A DNA stretch of 20,000 nt from an uncultured virus (IMG/VR IMGVR_UViG_3300009873_000002) (IMGVR_UViG_3300009873_000002:108846-128845), one strand, 5' to 3'; counted from the stretch's first letter, positions 1 to 10,015 are shown. Numbers and translations: made by a program. The notes: a model not told the origin generated them from the sequence alone.

Positions 1-39
1 TGACTGACTGCAATAATAATATACACAAAACTACTCAAA

Positions 40-56
40 TAAACCTTATAAGTTTA
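40..56. promoter_or_regulatory. 17-bp palindromic operator-like site TAAACCT-TAT-AAGTTTA
   Basis: Intergenic, downstream of the portal gene; arms match the site at 9999-10015 at 13 of 14 positions. Confidence 0.45.
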
Positions 57-93
57 CAAGATGTATGAAGTTTTGCGCAACATATAGCTACGG

Positions 94-2844
94 CTACTTC
101 TTCTTCTTAGCCGGCTCTTTTTTGTCGAACCGGTTCTTGTTCTCTCGGGCAATTTGAACATCCTTTTCTTTCATGGCTAATTGGGCTGCTACTTTCTCGC
201 GCTCTATGTTGATTTTGTCGCGATGCATAGCAAGCTTATTACCCTCTTTCTGACGATCGAGATTCATGATATCTTGATGCTCTTGTGTAGCCTCGAGCCT
301 ATCTAAAGCATCAAGGTAATCACTCTGAGCATTGGCATTTACATCCTGCATAGCTCCATAACCTGCAGCACGAATTTTAGCCTCAAGAATATCAGCCTGA
401 CGATCTTTTTCATTCTCGGCTGCTTCGAACTCCATTTTCTCTCTACGCTCACGATCTTTAGCCGCGATCATTTCCTCCTGGAGTTTTGCAGCATTCTCAT
501 GTTCTTGTTGACGGATAGCATCCTGCTTAGCTTCTGTATTCTTCAATACGGTATTCAGCTCAGCAAGCGTATCAGTTTGCATCACACGTCCAAGATCATA
601 TACCGATGCACCGGTTGTATTATTCTCAACCATGAGTTTCTTAAGCTGCTCAAGAATTGCACGGTGGTTTGTCTTGGTAGATGCGAATATGTTGAGATCT
701 CTTAGAAGGAGGTCTGTTCCATTTATCTGGAAGTTCATCCGCTCATCTGCTGCTGTAATATACTGCAGACGAATAGATGGGTTACTTGATTGATAATACT
801 GAGCAAGATCTGTACGCATCTGATGTACTCTAGGCATTAAACGATCAGAGTGATCAATGAAGTAATTCTCAGTTTGAGCATACGATGCATTCAATGATTC
901 TTCCACACCAGTTGCTGTCTGACGGCCCATTTGTTGACCCATACGTTGAGGAGTTAGACCAATAGTTTCAAAGCATTGTTGCTTGAAGTAGTTGGCCAGC
1001 TGAACACGACTCATCAATCGATTTGTCTGCTCAAGGTCGAGCTTTTGGAAATGTTGGAAGTTAAGAGCATTCTCAGTATTGGTAATGGTAGTATCCAATG
1101 GTAAGATCTGGAAGTTCTTCATGGCTACATAAGCCTTTCCGAAGTTGTGTTTACCCCAGTCTTCGCCCATTGATTGGCGAGGAATAGCATTCTGATCAAG
1201 TACAATTACTGTACCCAACTCATCGATGAGGATATCGGCAATCTGATTATTTACTACATTATATCCAATCTGGAACGGCTTAGTGCGATCTACGAGAGAT
1301 CTTGACTGTGTATTGTAGTCAGAGAATACGGCACCCTCTACAGGAAGTTTACATCCGTATAAACTGTGATCACCTTTGAACTGGAACTTTACACGACCTG
1401 GTTTATTTTGGTTGATACCAATGTACATAGGAGATACACCGGCCGCATTATTCATACCCCAATAACTTGGTAAATTAGGTCCGATTTTCACTCCACCATA
1501 AACTTCGTTAATCCAGATCCAATCAATATGCTCACCATACACAAGTGTGCGTTTATCCTTGCTTTTAAACAGCGAGGTATCGTACACAGGTTTAGTAGTG
1601 ACTTTATATGTTTCATCAACTACATCGTGTGTTGCTTCGCCACGATCATCGATCTTGGTTAAGTGACCAACACGTCTCTGGGTTTTCCAGTAAATAGTAG
1701 CTACGCGTAATAGGTATTGTGTACCGAAATCCAAGAAGTCTTCAGACTCACCCAAGATCCAGCTGATAACATCACTTCCGTACTTCAAGAATTCATCAGT
1801 CACTGATGTAAACTGACGATATGCCAAACCAGGTTGACTTGTGTTCCATTCGTAGGATTTGGTAGCATCGTAGTAAGAACCGTCATTCTGCATACCACCG
1901 ATCATATAACCGGCTGCACGGATTGGGTAAATCATCTCAAGAGATTTGAGTTGATCCTCATCCATGATGTAACCGTATTTGTCGATAACATCAGCCACAG
2001 TCATCATATCAACTTTACCAACCCAGTTACCCTGGGAGATGTAGCGAACACTTGGTGATTTGTGGTAGAAAGTTAATGCCGGATTCCATAACTCAATATC
2101 ATAATCATCTTCCATCATCTGGAAATGCCAGAACTGACTATCTGTGATTAGCATATCACGGAAACCGCGCTGCTCAAGCTCATCCATCTTGAAGCGCTCA
2201 GTGTCTGCTTCATGCTGATGTTGAGCCCATATTTCAGGGATGCTGCGATATTTCTTACGGAAGAATTCCTCAATCTCTGGCAAGCTTCGTAGCTTATCCG
2301 GAGCCGTTGCTTGTTGCACAAGTTCATCATTAGGGTCATGACCCATCTCGAGAAGTTTTGATACAACTTTACGCTCAGCTTCGGCCAGAAGGTTCTGCTC
2401 AATCATTGCTCTTTTCTGTTCGAGCAACTCATTGTGGGAATATTCATCTACAGCACGGAAGGTAACTTTACTACTGCGCTTTGCAAATTCAGATGTAAGA
2501 ACATTGATGATATTCGGAACAAGAGGGTAGAACTTTAACTCAAGTGCTGATTCATCCTCCTGAGTAAGCATTTCAAGAAGGTCGGCATACTCATTGTCAC
2601 CATCTACAATGTAATCGGTTCGATCAATGATACCGTTGGCAAGCTTGTAATTTTTTAAGAGCCTGCGTGATTTACGCCTCAATTGTTTGAGACCCTGCCA
2701 TTCCAACCAGTCCATATTCCAGGCACACCATTGCTCATCCTTCTGGTCTCTCGACAGGAATTGGGTAGGTTGAGTCAAGCTACCCATTTTATTGGGTTCG
2801 GCTTTGGCTCCAGCCTTTAGTTGCATTGCGTTTAATATCTGCAT
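94..2844 (-). CDS. Portal protein (crAss-like)
   Basis: 916-aa ORF directly downstream of the large terminase, with a long C-terminal coiled-coil/charged tail; size, position and sequence character fit crAss-like portals (recognition, no search). Confidence 0.85.
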   Translation of the reverse strand: MQILNAMQLKAGAKAEPNKMGSLTQPTQFLSRDQKDEQWCAWNMDWLEWQGLKQLRRKSRRLLKNYKLANGIIDRTDYIVDGDNEYADLLEMLTQEDESALELKFYPLVPNIINVLTSEFAKRSSKVTFRAVDEYSHNELLEQKRAMIEQNLLAEAERKVVSKLLEMGHDPNDELVQQATAPDKLRSLPEIEEFFRKKYRSIPEIWAQHQHEADTERFKMDELEQRGFRDMLITDSQFWHFQMMEDDYDIELWNPALTFYHKSPSVRYISQGNWVGKVDMMTVADVIDKYGYIMDEDQLKSLEMIYPIRAAGYMIGGMQNDGSYYDATKSYEWNTSQPGLAYRQFTSVTDEFLKYGSDVISWILGESEDFLDFGTQYLLRVATIYWKTQRRVGHLTKIDDRGEATHDVVDETYKVTTKPVYDTSLFKSKDKRTLVYGEHIDWIWINEVYGGVKIGPNLPSYWGMNNAAGVSPMYIGINQNKPGRVKFQFKGDHSLYGCKLPVEGAVFSDYNTQSRSLVDRTKPFQIGYNVVNNQIADILIDELGTVIVLDQNAIPRQSMGEDWGKHNFGKAYVAMKNFQILPLDTTITNTENALNFQHFQKLDLEQTNRLMSRVQLANYFKQQCFETIGLTPQRMGQQMGRQTATGVEESLNASYAQTENYFIDHSDRLMPRVHQMRTDLAQYYQSSNPSIRLQYITAADERMNFQINGTDLLLRDLNIFASTKTNHRAILEQLKKLMVENNTTGASVYDLGRVMQTDTLAELNTVLKNTEAKQDAIRQQEHENAAKLQEEMIAAKDRERREKMEFEAAENEKDRQADILEAKIRAAGYGAMQDVNANAQSDYLDALDRLEATQEHQDIMNLDRQKEGNKLAMHRDKINIEREKVAAQLAMKEKDVQIARENKNRFDKKEPAKKKK

Positions 2845-2851
2845 ATTACGA

Positions 2852-5065
2852 CTATCTTAGGTTCTTAAACGGGTTACGGGGAGGTCTGTTCTTCCCGCTT
2901 AAACCACCACCCGTTCCGCCAATGTGACGAAATGGGCTCTTATCTAATTTAACGATTTTATCTGACTTGTGCAAATTATCATTGCGTTCTAAACGCTTGC
3001 TATATCCTCGGTTGGCCTGTTGAATCTTCATGAAAGCAACCAAAGCAGCAAAGGAAACTAACCGGTCAACGTTGATATCTTCGTTGTAAGCGGTCATCTC
3101 CTTGATCAGCATAGGATCCGGAATGCGTTCTACACCGAATGTAATCTTCACAATATCACCGTTTTCCTTGGTTTCTACATCAAGTTCTTCGGTAAGGTAT
3201 TCAATAGCATAACTGAGCAGGTGATTCTTGAATATGGTACCTACGTTCTTCCAACCATACTCTTGGTACACATTACTATTGGCGCCAAGATCTTTGAGGA
3301 AGAGGATCTGATTCTTAGGCACCAGATAGCGCTGCTTACGCTTACTGATCATGTACTGGATAAATAAGGAAACGTTGTTCTCAACAACCGCCCATGCATT
3401 ATACCACTCCAGCATCAACTCCAAACGCTCATGAGTTTTGTTGATATCATTGAATCGACCACACCAAGCAGCCACAATCTTATCCCTCTCGATGAAGGTT
3501 TCGAACGTACCATCCCCGCGCTCGCGTGTTACTTCTATCGCATTCTTCATGATATAGATGGAACACAGAGATTCGGAGGTTGTAGTTTTTCCTTCAGATA
3601 CCGGGTCAATTGATGCGTAGTACATTCCAAACTCAGGCTTATCAACTGGTCTCTCCCATACAACAATAGATCCTTCTTTATCCTCAGCCTTTTTATCTAC
3701 CGGGAAAGTTGATATAGGAAGCTTGTTAGTTTCTTTCCACTGAATCTTACCTGAAGCATCCCGGGATAGATCCACAAAAGTGTACGGGTATTCTTTATCC
3801 TCGATTCGCTTACCTTGCTTGGCCAGGAGATGGATCGGGAACTTAGACTCTTTACGGTAAGCAAAGGCTTCCGCAATATTTCTTGGGCGCTGAGAAACTT
3901 CAAGCTGATAATCCTCGGGATCCAAAACCTTCTTGAGGTGTTCAAACTCCTTGTTTAAAGCATCAAGAGCTTCTTCAACTTTAGAGTTACCGAACTCATC
4001 AATGAATGGCGGCATTGACCATTGCTCTGGTAAAAACAAACCAGTCTTTCCGATTGTACCTTTCTCATCTAAGAGATTGGTCTCAACAGGATACATCCCG
4101 TTAGCTTCAGGATTCAGGATGAATTTCTTCAGAGGTTCACATTGTTCAAGATCACCCACAGAACCTGCAATGATGAAGATACCGGTAGTCTGTTGACCGA
4201 ATCGCATAGCTGGTTTGATATAACCATAGGTTTCATCAGCATCCGGGGCAATACCACCCTCTTCGTAAAAGAAGATACGACATGGACCCCCTACACCTGC
4301 AGCAGGATCTTGTTCAAACGAAGTACCTTTGATCTCACCTTTCAAACCTTCATCATACTTTCTACCATTGGCATCAGTCACCTCGATCTTCTGCTCCCAG
4401 TGGAGAGGCTTACCAGGATTCATGGGACGATACCATGCTGTATTCTTATTGAGGAATGATCTGTACTCATCAAAGAACTTCCAGCTACCAGACGCATCAA
4501 TGTAACCCTTAAGACTTGCACCGATCTTTCCTTTGAAACCTTCTTCGAACCAAACATAATTTGTAAGTTTGGCTACGTGATAGTAGGATGATGCAATCTG
4601 TCGTTTCTTAAGAACAGGTGCATGTTTATAATACAACTCCGCCAGTAACTCATAGAGGGCCATGTGATACTGCACATCCATGACTTCGGGGAAAGCGAAC
4701 TTATTCTTCCGCTTGTCATTTATCTGCAGATAGTTTAACCACATGTAATACTCTCGAGGTATGTACCAGGTGTGGGATCCACTTATGAATAATACACCTA
4801 ATCGACAGCGTTCTTTATTTGTATCCCAATATCGATCGTAATCTCGGGTCTTCTTGGGAGCTCCGCAATAGAATCCTCTTTGCTCAAATATCCTGGATTG
4901 TTCGTTGAAGACGTAGGAAGTATCATTGAACTGGTACTTACCAGGTTCCCTGAACAATGGTGTTAGGAAGTCGCGGAATTCATCCCGGGTACCGAAACCA
5001 GTGTACTCCCAGTTACCGTTACGCCATGTAGGCACATCTATGAAAGGTTTAGTGGCGTGGGTCAT
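2852..5065 (-). CDS. terL: Terminase large subunit
   Basis: 737 aa; ATPase motifs VLKKRQIASSY (Walker A-like) and IFFYEEGG (Walker B); RNase H-like nuclease motifs YYASIDP, VVENN and NVDRLVSF. Confidence 0.93.
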   Translation of the reverse strand: MTHATKPFIDVPTWRNGNWEYTGFGTRDEFRDFLTPLFREPGKYQFNDTSYVFNEQSRIFEQRGFYCGAPKKTRDYDRYWDTNKERCRLGVLFISGSHTWYIPREYYMWLNYLQINDKRKNKFAFPEVMDVQYHMALYELLAELYYKHAPVLKKRQIASSYYHVAKLTNYVWFEEGFKGKIGASLKGYIDASGSWKFFDEYRSFLNKNTAWYRPMNPGKPLHWEQKIEVTDANGRKYDEGLKGEIKGTSFEQDPAAGVGGPCRIFFYEEGGIAPDADETYGYIKPAMRFGQQTTGIFIIAGSVGDLEQCEPLKKFILNPEANGMYPVETNLLDEKGTIGKTGLFLPEQWSMPPFIDEFGNSKVEEALDALNKEFEHLKKVLDPEDYQLEVSQRPRNIAEAFAYRKESKFPIHLLAKQGKRIEDKEYPYTFVDLSRDASGKIQWKETNKLPISTFPVDKKAEDKEGSIVVWERPVDKPEFGMYYASIDPVSEGKTTTSESLCSIYIMKNAIEVTRERGDGTFETFIERDKIVAAWCGRFNDINKTHERLELMLEWYNAWAVVENNVSLFIQYMISKRKQRYLVPKNQILFLKDLGANSNVYQEYGWKNVGTIFKNHLLSYAIEYLTEELDVETKENGDIVKITFGVERIPDPMLIKEMTAYNEDINVDRLVSFAALVAFMKIQQANRGYSKRLERNDNLHKSDKIVKLDKSPFRHIGGTGGGLSGKNRPPRNPFKNLR

Positions 5066-5558
5066 AACCTGAATTTCCTCGTGAACGTTTTTGTTCTTCC
5101 ATCAGATCCTGATAGACTCCCTTGAAGGATTTGCGTATTGCCTCAAAATCTTTACCGGCACGTAGTAGAGAGTTAATGTTACCATCTCGACCATGAGTCA
5201 CCGGTGTGTGTTCGAGATATACAGCCATACGATCTATCATAGTTTTCATACCACGATACATCCGAACAGTAGGTGTTTCATAAAGATCTGTACAGAACTT
5301 GACAGCTCTAATGATGGTCTCGTTGTCAAGAGAAACAGATAACTGAATCTCATCAAGGATAGCACTTTCCTTATCCTCCTCGGCCGTATTAAAATACGGA
5401 TTAAGATCAGGATCAGGACAGGTCATGTAGAAGATGTACTGATACACTTTCAAATACTCATCCGGAAATTCATCCATGATAGCTTTTAAACTCTTGAGAG
5501 TGTAACAGTGCTCTGTCGGCACGACCTGCTTGTCCTGTATGTCAAATAATCTTATCAT
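5049..5558 (-). CDS. Conserved phage protein upstream of TerL (possible small terminase subunit)
   Basis: 169-aa helical ORF overlapping the terL start; function inferred only from position. Confidence 0.5.
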   Translation of the reverse strand: MIRLFDIQDKQVVPTEHCYTLKSLKAIMDEFPDEYLKVYQYIFYMTCPDPDLNPYFNTAEEDKESAILDEIQLSVSLDNETIIRAVKFCTDLYETPTVRMYRGMKTMIDRMAVYLEHTPVTHGRDGNINSLLRAGKDFEAIRKSFKGVYQDLMEEQKRSRGNSGYDPRH

Positions 5559-5842
5559 TGTGCAGCAGCCCAGTCATCGGCTAAAATATCGGTTTGACTT
5601 GCTAACCATGGTACCAGCTTGTTGTCCGCTGTCTTCATGGCTATAAACGGTAATGTTGCTAATGGTTCAGTGTGACCATTGATAAATGAGTGAAAGCCTG
5701 ACTTGTTCTCTATACCCAATTGCTGGGTATGCTCCGGAGATACCGGACTTACAAGAACAATCCACATACCTTTACCATTCCAGCCCTGACGGGAAACCTT
5801 CTTCCCGTCACGGAGCATCTCGAGTGCTTTTTCAAAGTACAT
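5555..5842 (-). CDS. tad2: DUF2829 / Tad2-family anti-defence sponge protein
   Basis: Signature FEKALEMLRDGKKVSRQGWNGKGMW...PWLASQTDILADDW of DUF2829/Tad2; start moved to the ATG at 5842, just after the upstream stop. Confidence 0.85.
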   Translation of the reverse strand: MYFEKALEMLRDGKKVSRQGWNGKGMWIVLVSPVSPEHTQQLGIENKSGFHSFINGHTEPLATLPFIAMKTADNKLVPWLASQTDILADDWAAAQ

Positions 5843-5844
5843 GA

Positions 5845-6111
5845 TTAAACCTCCCCATGCGACCAAGTTGCCGCTTTTACCGCGTTCATTTGCGCATCTT
5901 CCATAGCACTGATAGCTTTAGAATAGTAGCGTTTCTTGTCCGGGTTGTTGGTAGCATTACGAGCTACATGACATTGATCAATGAACTGTGCTGCAATTCC
6001 CTTGAGCACGGTTACCTCGGAGTGTCCTCTAGAATTAAAGTTTACACCTGCGGCTTTCTCACCGAAGGTTAATTCGCGCTGCTGTGCGCCTTCTTCTGTT
6101 ACATTCTCCAT
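5845..6111 (-). CDS. Acb2/Tad1-like helical-hairpin protein (putative immune-signal sponge)
   Basis: 88 aa with TFGEKAAGVNFN...KRYYSKAISAMEDAQMNAVKAATW, resembling the Acb2/Tad1-like hairpin family; adjacent to tad2. Confidence 0.6.
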   Translation of the reverse strand: MENVTEEGAQQRELTFGEKAAGVNFNSRGHSEVTVLKGIAAQFIDQCHVARNATNNPDKKRYYSKAISAMEDAQMNAVKAATWSHGEV

Positions 6112-6133
6112 GATATGTTGATTTAATTGGTTA

Positions 6134-6421
6134 CTACTTGACCTTATGTTTACGCACTACATTACCACTTTTCATGTTGATAGCTTCAACAATATCACCT
6201 TTTTTGATCGGTTGCTTTTGAAGAGCCCAAATAGCATAACATGCCGAATTGTGACAGATGGTGCTCCACTGCCCGTCCGGTATCTTAGGTGTTTTAGGAT
6301 GAGTTGTCAGATCCTGATTAGGGATCATCTGATCCATGATTGCATTGTAAAGAGCCTTGTGCTCTTTGAATTTACGCCACATCTTTAGTGGCACTTTGTA
6401 CTTGTTAGGTGTGTTGCTCAT
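6134..6421 (-). CDS. Hypothetical protein
   Basis: Likely start MSNTPNKY at 6421, which avoids overlap with the nuclease gene; 95 aa, basic. Confidence 0.7.
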   Translation of the reverse strand: MSNTPNKYKVPLKMWRKFKEHKALYNAIMDQMIPNQDLTTHPKTPKIPDGQWSTICHNSACYAIWALQKQPIKKGDIVEAINMKSGNVVRKHKVK

Positions 6422-6431
6422 ATAGCTTAGT

Positions 6432-7277
6432 TTAATGTTTTTTCTTGATCTCATCTCTGTGTTCATGCACCCAATTGATGATGTCTATAACCTCACGCTT
6501 AAGGTAAGGTACATCCATCTTCTTAACATCCTTCACAATAGGATCACCATTTTGCTCATTGTATCTGAGTATAGGATTACCGTATTTATCGCTACCCTCT
6601 GTCTCGAAAACTACATGATGTAAACACATGTCACCAGCTTTGAGAAGAGGATTATGTTTCAAGATGATGTACATGTACAGACTTAACTGTAGTGAGTAAT
6701 GGTTGAAGTTGCAATTGTCCAGGTGCATAACTGGATTCAGCATTTTCTCAACAACACCCTCCCAATTTTTGTATCCCTCTGTACGGATTTCTTTGTTGGT
6801 CTTGTAGTCCGTGATTGATACTACACCATTGACAACTTCAACTAAATCTGATTGCCCACATATACCTGCAGATTTAAGATACACAAAGTGTTCAGGATAT
6901 ACTCCGTCTACAAGTTTTTGATCCGGTGCTCTCTTGATTCCATCAGTATCTATTACTGGAGGTTTTATGACAGGGACTTCAACCCCTCCTCGAGATATGG
7001 TGTTAAGGAGTGTCAGATCAGCTTCTCTCTGATTGTGGTAGAATGTACCAAGACTGATTGCTCGATCTGATTCAGCATTCCATGCTTGTTCAATTTCGGA
7101 TGGAGTCATTCCAAACCACTTTGACTTACGATTCTTCGCAGACTTCTTTGACTGCACTTTAGCATCAAAGGGTTTTTTGAACTGTGAAACTACAGTAGTC
7201 ACACTGACCCATTGAATGTCTTCAGATGGATCCATACTGTGATATGAGTGGTCTGCTTGTTTAAATATTACTGCCAT
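6432..7277 (-). CDS. PD-(D/E)XK family nuclease (RecB/Cas4-like exonuclease)
   Basis: Motifs SVTTVV, GTFYH, ICGQSDLV, ITDYKT and HYSLQLSLY. Confidence 0.85.
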   Translation of the reverse strand: MAVIFKQADHSYHSMDPSEDIQWVSVTTVVSQFKKPFDAKVQSKKSAKNRKSKWFGMTPSEIEQAWNAESDRAISLGTFYHNQREADLTLLNTISRGGVEVPVIKPPVIDTDGIKRAPDQKLVDGVYPEHFVYLKSAGICGQSDLVEVVNGVVSITDYKTNKEIRTEGYKNWEGVVEKMLNPVMHLDNCNFNHYSLQLSLYMYIILKHNPLLKAGDMCLHHVVFETEGSDKYGNPILRYNEQNGDPIVKDVKKMDVPYLKREVIDIINWVHEHRDEIKKKH

Positions 7278-7590
7278 GGTTGTTCATTTCAAGTTTAGCT
7301 TCGATAACAGACTCTGCTACTGTTATATTTCCAGGATCATCTGACTGTATCATTTCCGTCAATCGCAAAACTTCAACCGGTGTAACTACACCAATAGAAG
7401 CTGCATAACTAAGTTGCTTCCTAACGGCTTCTCTACGAAGTTCCAGATGGAACAACTCAGCACCACGGATACCGGTATGAATAACAATATCCCGTTGTCC
7501 AAGTTGTGGAGTCATAAACAACTTTACCAGTTCCTCTTGCATGTTGTCAAGACTAAAGGGTCTTGCCGGCTTGTTCTGAATCTGGATCAT
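7261..7590 (-). CDS. Hypothetical protein
   Basis: ORF in a tightly packed operon; start uncertain (7623, 7614 or 7590). Confidence 0.6.
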   Translation of the reverse strand: MIQIQNKPARPFSLDNMQEELVKLFMTPQLGQRDIVIHTGIRGAELFHLELRREAVRKQLSYAASIGVVTPVEVLRLTEMIQSDDPGNITVAESVIEAKLEMNNHGSNI

Positions 7591-7894
7591 ACCCAATAGT
7601 CCCGTAGAGTTCATCCTGTTCATTTTCGGTTAATACTGCTTCCCATCGTTTATCATCGCATGCACTTGCAAGCGATCGGGTCTTGAACCCAAGTTTACAT
7701 CCGCACAGCCCGCAACACGGTGCTGTTCCCGGTATCATACATTTCGCACCTTCCCGGTCAATGTGTGGACACTTCTCGCAAATGTCCATACGTTCTTTAG
7801 CAATCTCCTCAACAGCTCTCTTCTTGAAGAGACTGTTCTTCATCCCCTCGATTATCTTCGCTTTGTTTCGCCATATCTGAGCTAATGATCCCAT
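7553..7894 (-). CDS. Small Cys-rich, probably Zn-binding protein
   Basis: RMDICEKCPH...CMIP...CCGLCGC...KTRSLASACDDKRW pattern. Confidence 0.7.
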   Translation of the reverse strand: MGSLAQIWRNKAKIIEGMKNSLFKKRAVEEIAKERMDICEKCPHIDREGAKCMIPGTAPCCGLCGCKLGFKTRSLASACDDKRWEAVLTENEQDELYGTIGYDPDSEQAGKTL

Positions 7895-8249
7895 ATCGCT
7901 TTTCCTTTACCTGTTGTTTACGTTCGAACTCTTTGTCCCATAAAGCAAGATTCTTATTGAGCTTATCTATCTTGCCTTGTAAATCCTGTATGATCTTCAT
8001 CCCGCGCATCGTCTCCGGATTTATCTTCGAGAGGATGGCCTGCAGTTTGGTTATTCGTGCTTTTATTGCTTTCGGACGGCTCCTGAATATTCCCAGTTGC
8101 TCAACCGAAATATGAGTATACTGCATACTACTCATCTTGTTCCTAAGATCTTTGTAGAAGAAGTCAACAACATCTCCCACAAGTTTCTCATTCATGTTAA
8201 GCTCCCGAGCTACTTCTGGAACTAATGTCTTAGCCTTTCTCGGTGTCAA
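7809..8249 (-). CDS. HU/IHF-like DNA-binding protein with C-terminal coiled coil
   Basis: N-terminus LVPEVARELNMNEKLVGDVVDFFYKDLRNKM...ISVEQLGIF matches the HU/IHF helix-helix-strand pattern; IHF-like genes are typical of the crAss-like packaging block. Confidence 0.65.
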   Translation of the reverse strand: MTPRKAKTLVPEVARELNMNEKLVGDVVDFFYKDLRNKMSSMQYTHISVEQLGIFRSRPKAIKARITKLQAILSKINPETMRGMKIIQDLQGKIDKLNKNLALWDKEFERKQQVKEKRYGIISSDMAKQSEDNRGDEEQSLQEESC

Positions 8250-8661
8250 GCGTCACAAATTTAAAGTCCAACAATATGTTCCCCTTGGTCTGAATCTTCA
8301 GATCAGGATTCAATTGTATCTTCTTACGTCTGTCACCTCGCTTTATTATGAGGTTACTCTTCTCAGCTCTGATAAGGATATTCCTTATGGTTTGCGGAGA
8401 AGCTTCCGGTCTACGCTTGGAAGGATCATGAGGATCCGGTTTCCATGTGGTAAGCCTTTCCTGGAGACGCTTCTCTGCTTGCATGTCACAGAAATCACTC
8501 AGGTCAAATTCACCTATTTCCCCTAAACATGTAAGGCAATCCAGGTCAGCATCGCTCATGACTATACCATTAAGGAAACAGTGAGTCATGAGCTGATACC
8601 GGATAACAGCTGAACGAGACAAGCGAGCACGCTTGTCGACCTGGTTTACTACAGCTTTCAT
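8230..8661 (-). CDS. Hypothetical protein, possible winged-helix DNA-binding protein
   Basis: 143 aa; ASPQTIRNILIRAEKSNLIIK...KIQLNP resembles a wHTH recognition helix and wing. Confidence 0.5.
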   Translation of the reverse strand: MKAVVNQVDKRARLSRSAVIRYQLMTHCFLNGIVMSDADLDCLTCLGEIGEFDLSDFCDMQAEKRLQERLTTWKPDPHDPSKRRPEASPQTIRNILIRAEKSNLIIKRGDRRKKIQLNPDLKIQTKGNILLDFKFVTLDTEKG

Positions 8662-9617
8662 AGATTTTTCAGTGCACTTACTAATTCTGGTTGTGGAAAC
8701 ACATCACTCTTATCAGAGCGGATATTGGTATGAGATAAGATACCCTTCACTTGTCCTTTATAGGCTTCTGGTCGGAAGCTAAATACTTTCGAAGGATGTT
8801 CAGTACGTAACCAATCAACTAATCCTGATCTCATATTGATCTTAGGATGTCTACGCTCAATCTCAAAGATGAGCTTTATCAGACTGTCGATCTGTTTGGT
8901 TGTGTACTTGTGGTAGTATTGTTTACCACAGAATTTATATCCTAAGTCGCATACCATAGATGCCGGCACTTCCTTATTTACGTAGTTGAAGAACTTACCA
9001 TCTCTTTCTTCAAGATAACCCCAGTTACAGATTTCAATACCTATGGATTGAGGATGCAGAGCACTGCTTCCGTTTTCACCAAGGTGATATGCCCAATCTG
9101 CATCAGGGAAACACTCAACTACAGAACCATCGTGAGTAGCATCACCGTTAGTTGTAGAAATTCCTCCGATCACAAATTGTGTAGCAATGCGACCACGAGT
9201 ATCGTTATTCCACTGACTGATTGTAGCAAATGGATTATGACCACCTGCTGTATGATGCAACACTAACCATTCTTTGTCTACTCCCTTTTTACCGGCTACA
9301 TACTCATCATTATCCAAGTAGGACTTGAAGATAGTTAAACCCTGTGAAGTTTGGTATGAACTTACAGCTGCAGGTAACGTCTTCGAAGGAGAAGATGATG
9401 AGGTTTTCAAATCTGTAGAGATGTAATCCTCTATACGGAAACCGAGTTTCTCAGCAGTTTGGGAACCGCAAACACCATCAGGATCGAGACCGTTAGCTTT
9501 CTGGTAAGATCGTAATGCAACTTCGGTGTCACTCCCGAATTTATTGTCGACCGCGATACCAAGTAAAGACTGCAGTTTTCCTACCGCAGTGCCTTTATCA
9601 CCACGTTTAAGTACCAT
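8658..9617 (-). CDS. Endolysin: peptidoglycan-binding domain plus N-acetylmuramoyl-L-alanine amidase (Amidase_2)
   Basis: N-terminal LKRGDKG..V..LQ..L...D..FG..TE.AL..YQ..NGL.PDG..G..T (PG_binding_1); amidase motifs VLHHTAG, SIGIEICN and SHTNIRSDKSD. Confidence 0.9.
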   Translation of the reverse strand: MVLKRGDKGTAVGKLQSLLGIAVDNKFGSDTEVALRSYQKANGLDPDGVCGSQTAEKLGFRIEDYISTDLKTSSSSPSKTLPAAVSSYQTSQGLTIFKSYLDNDEYVAGKKGVDKEWLVLHHTAGGHNPFATISQWNNDTRGRIATQFVIGGISTTNGDATHDGSVVECFPDADWAYHLGENGSSALHPQSIGIEICNWGYLEERDGKFFNYVNKEVPASMVCDLGYKFCGKQYYHKYTTKQIDSLIKLIFEIERRHPKINMRSGLVDWLRTEHPSKVFSFRPEAYKGQVKGILSHTNIRSDKSDVFPQPELVSALKNL

Positions 9618-9946
9618 TACTCACCTCCTCCTTTCTCTGCCGGATCCCTCTTTAATTTACGAGGACCTTTACCCTCCTCAGCATCTGGTGGAAGAGGTGG
9701 TGTTTTACCTTCACCTTCATCACCATTACCTTCGCCTGGTGCTGGCGCCATAGCAGATGCCATCTGGAATTGCATCTTGAAACGTTCAAAACGTTCCTTC
9801 TCAATCTGAGTCTGAAGCTTTTCATACTCCAGCTGTTTCTTGAGTCTTGGGATTTGCTTAGTGTAAAAAGCATCGAGGATTACACGTTGAGCCTCGATTT
9901 GCTCAGGAGTCATATCCTTAGCTGATTCGTTGGTTGTTTCTGACAT
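9617..9946 (-). CDS. Hypothetical coiled-coil protein with low-complexity tail
   Basis: 109-aa ORF, first gene after the promoter at about 9970-9990; overlaps the endolysin start by 1 nt. Confidence 0.7.
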   Translation of the reverse strand: MSETTNESAKDMTPEQIEAQRVILDAFYTKQIPRLKKQLEYEKLQTQIEKERFERFKMQFQMASAMAPAPGEGNGDEGEGKTPPLPPDAEEGKGPRKLKRDPAEKGGGE

Positions 9947-9968
9947 AGTTGTTGGTTTATAAACTTAT

Positions 9969-9987
9969 CAAATTTACAACAAATGTA
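9969..9987 (-). promoter_or_regulatory. Tandem Bacteroidota sigma-A -7 elements (TACATTTG, TAAATTTG)
   Basis: Two TAnnTTTG matches at 9980-9987 and 9969-9976 upstream of the ATG at 9946. Confidence 0.6.
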
Positions 9988-9998
9988 CACATTCGTAG

Positions 9999-10015
9999 TA
10001 AACTTACCAAGTTTA
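9999..10015. promoter_or_regulatory. 17-bp palindromic operator-like site TAAACTT-ACC-AAGTTTA
   Basis: Perfect 7-3-7 inverted repeat; near-identical copy TAAACCT-TAT-AAGTTTA at 40-56. Confidence 0.5.

Noticed and set aside
2852..5065. Intron or intein in terL
   Set aside because: Single continuous ORF with no intein C1...HN motifs or LAGLIDADG-like insert visible.
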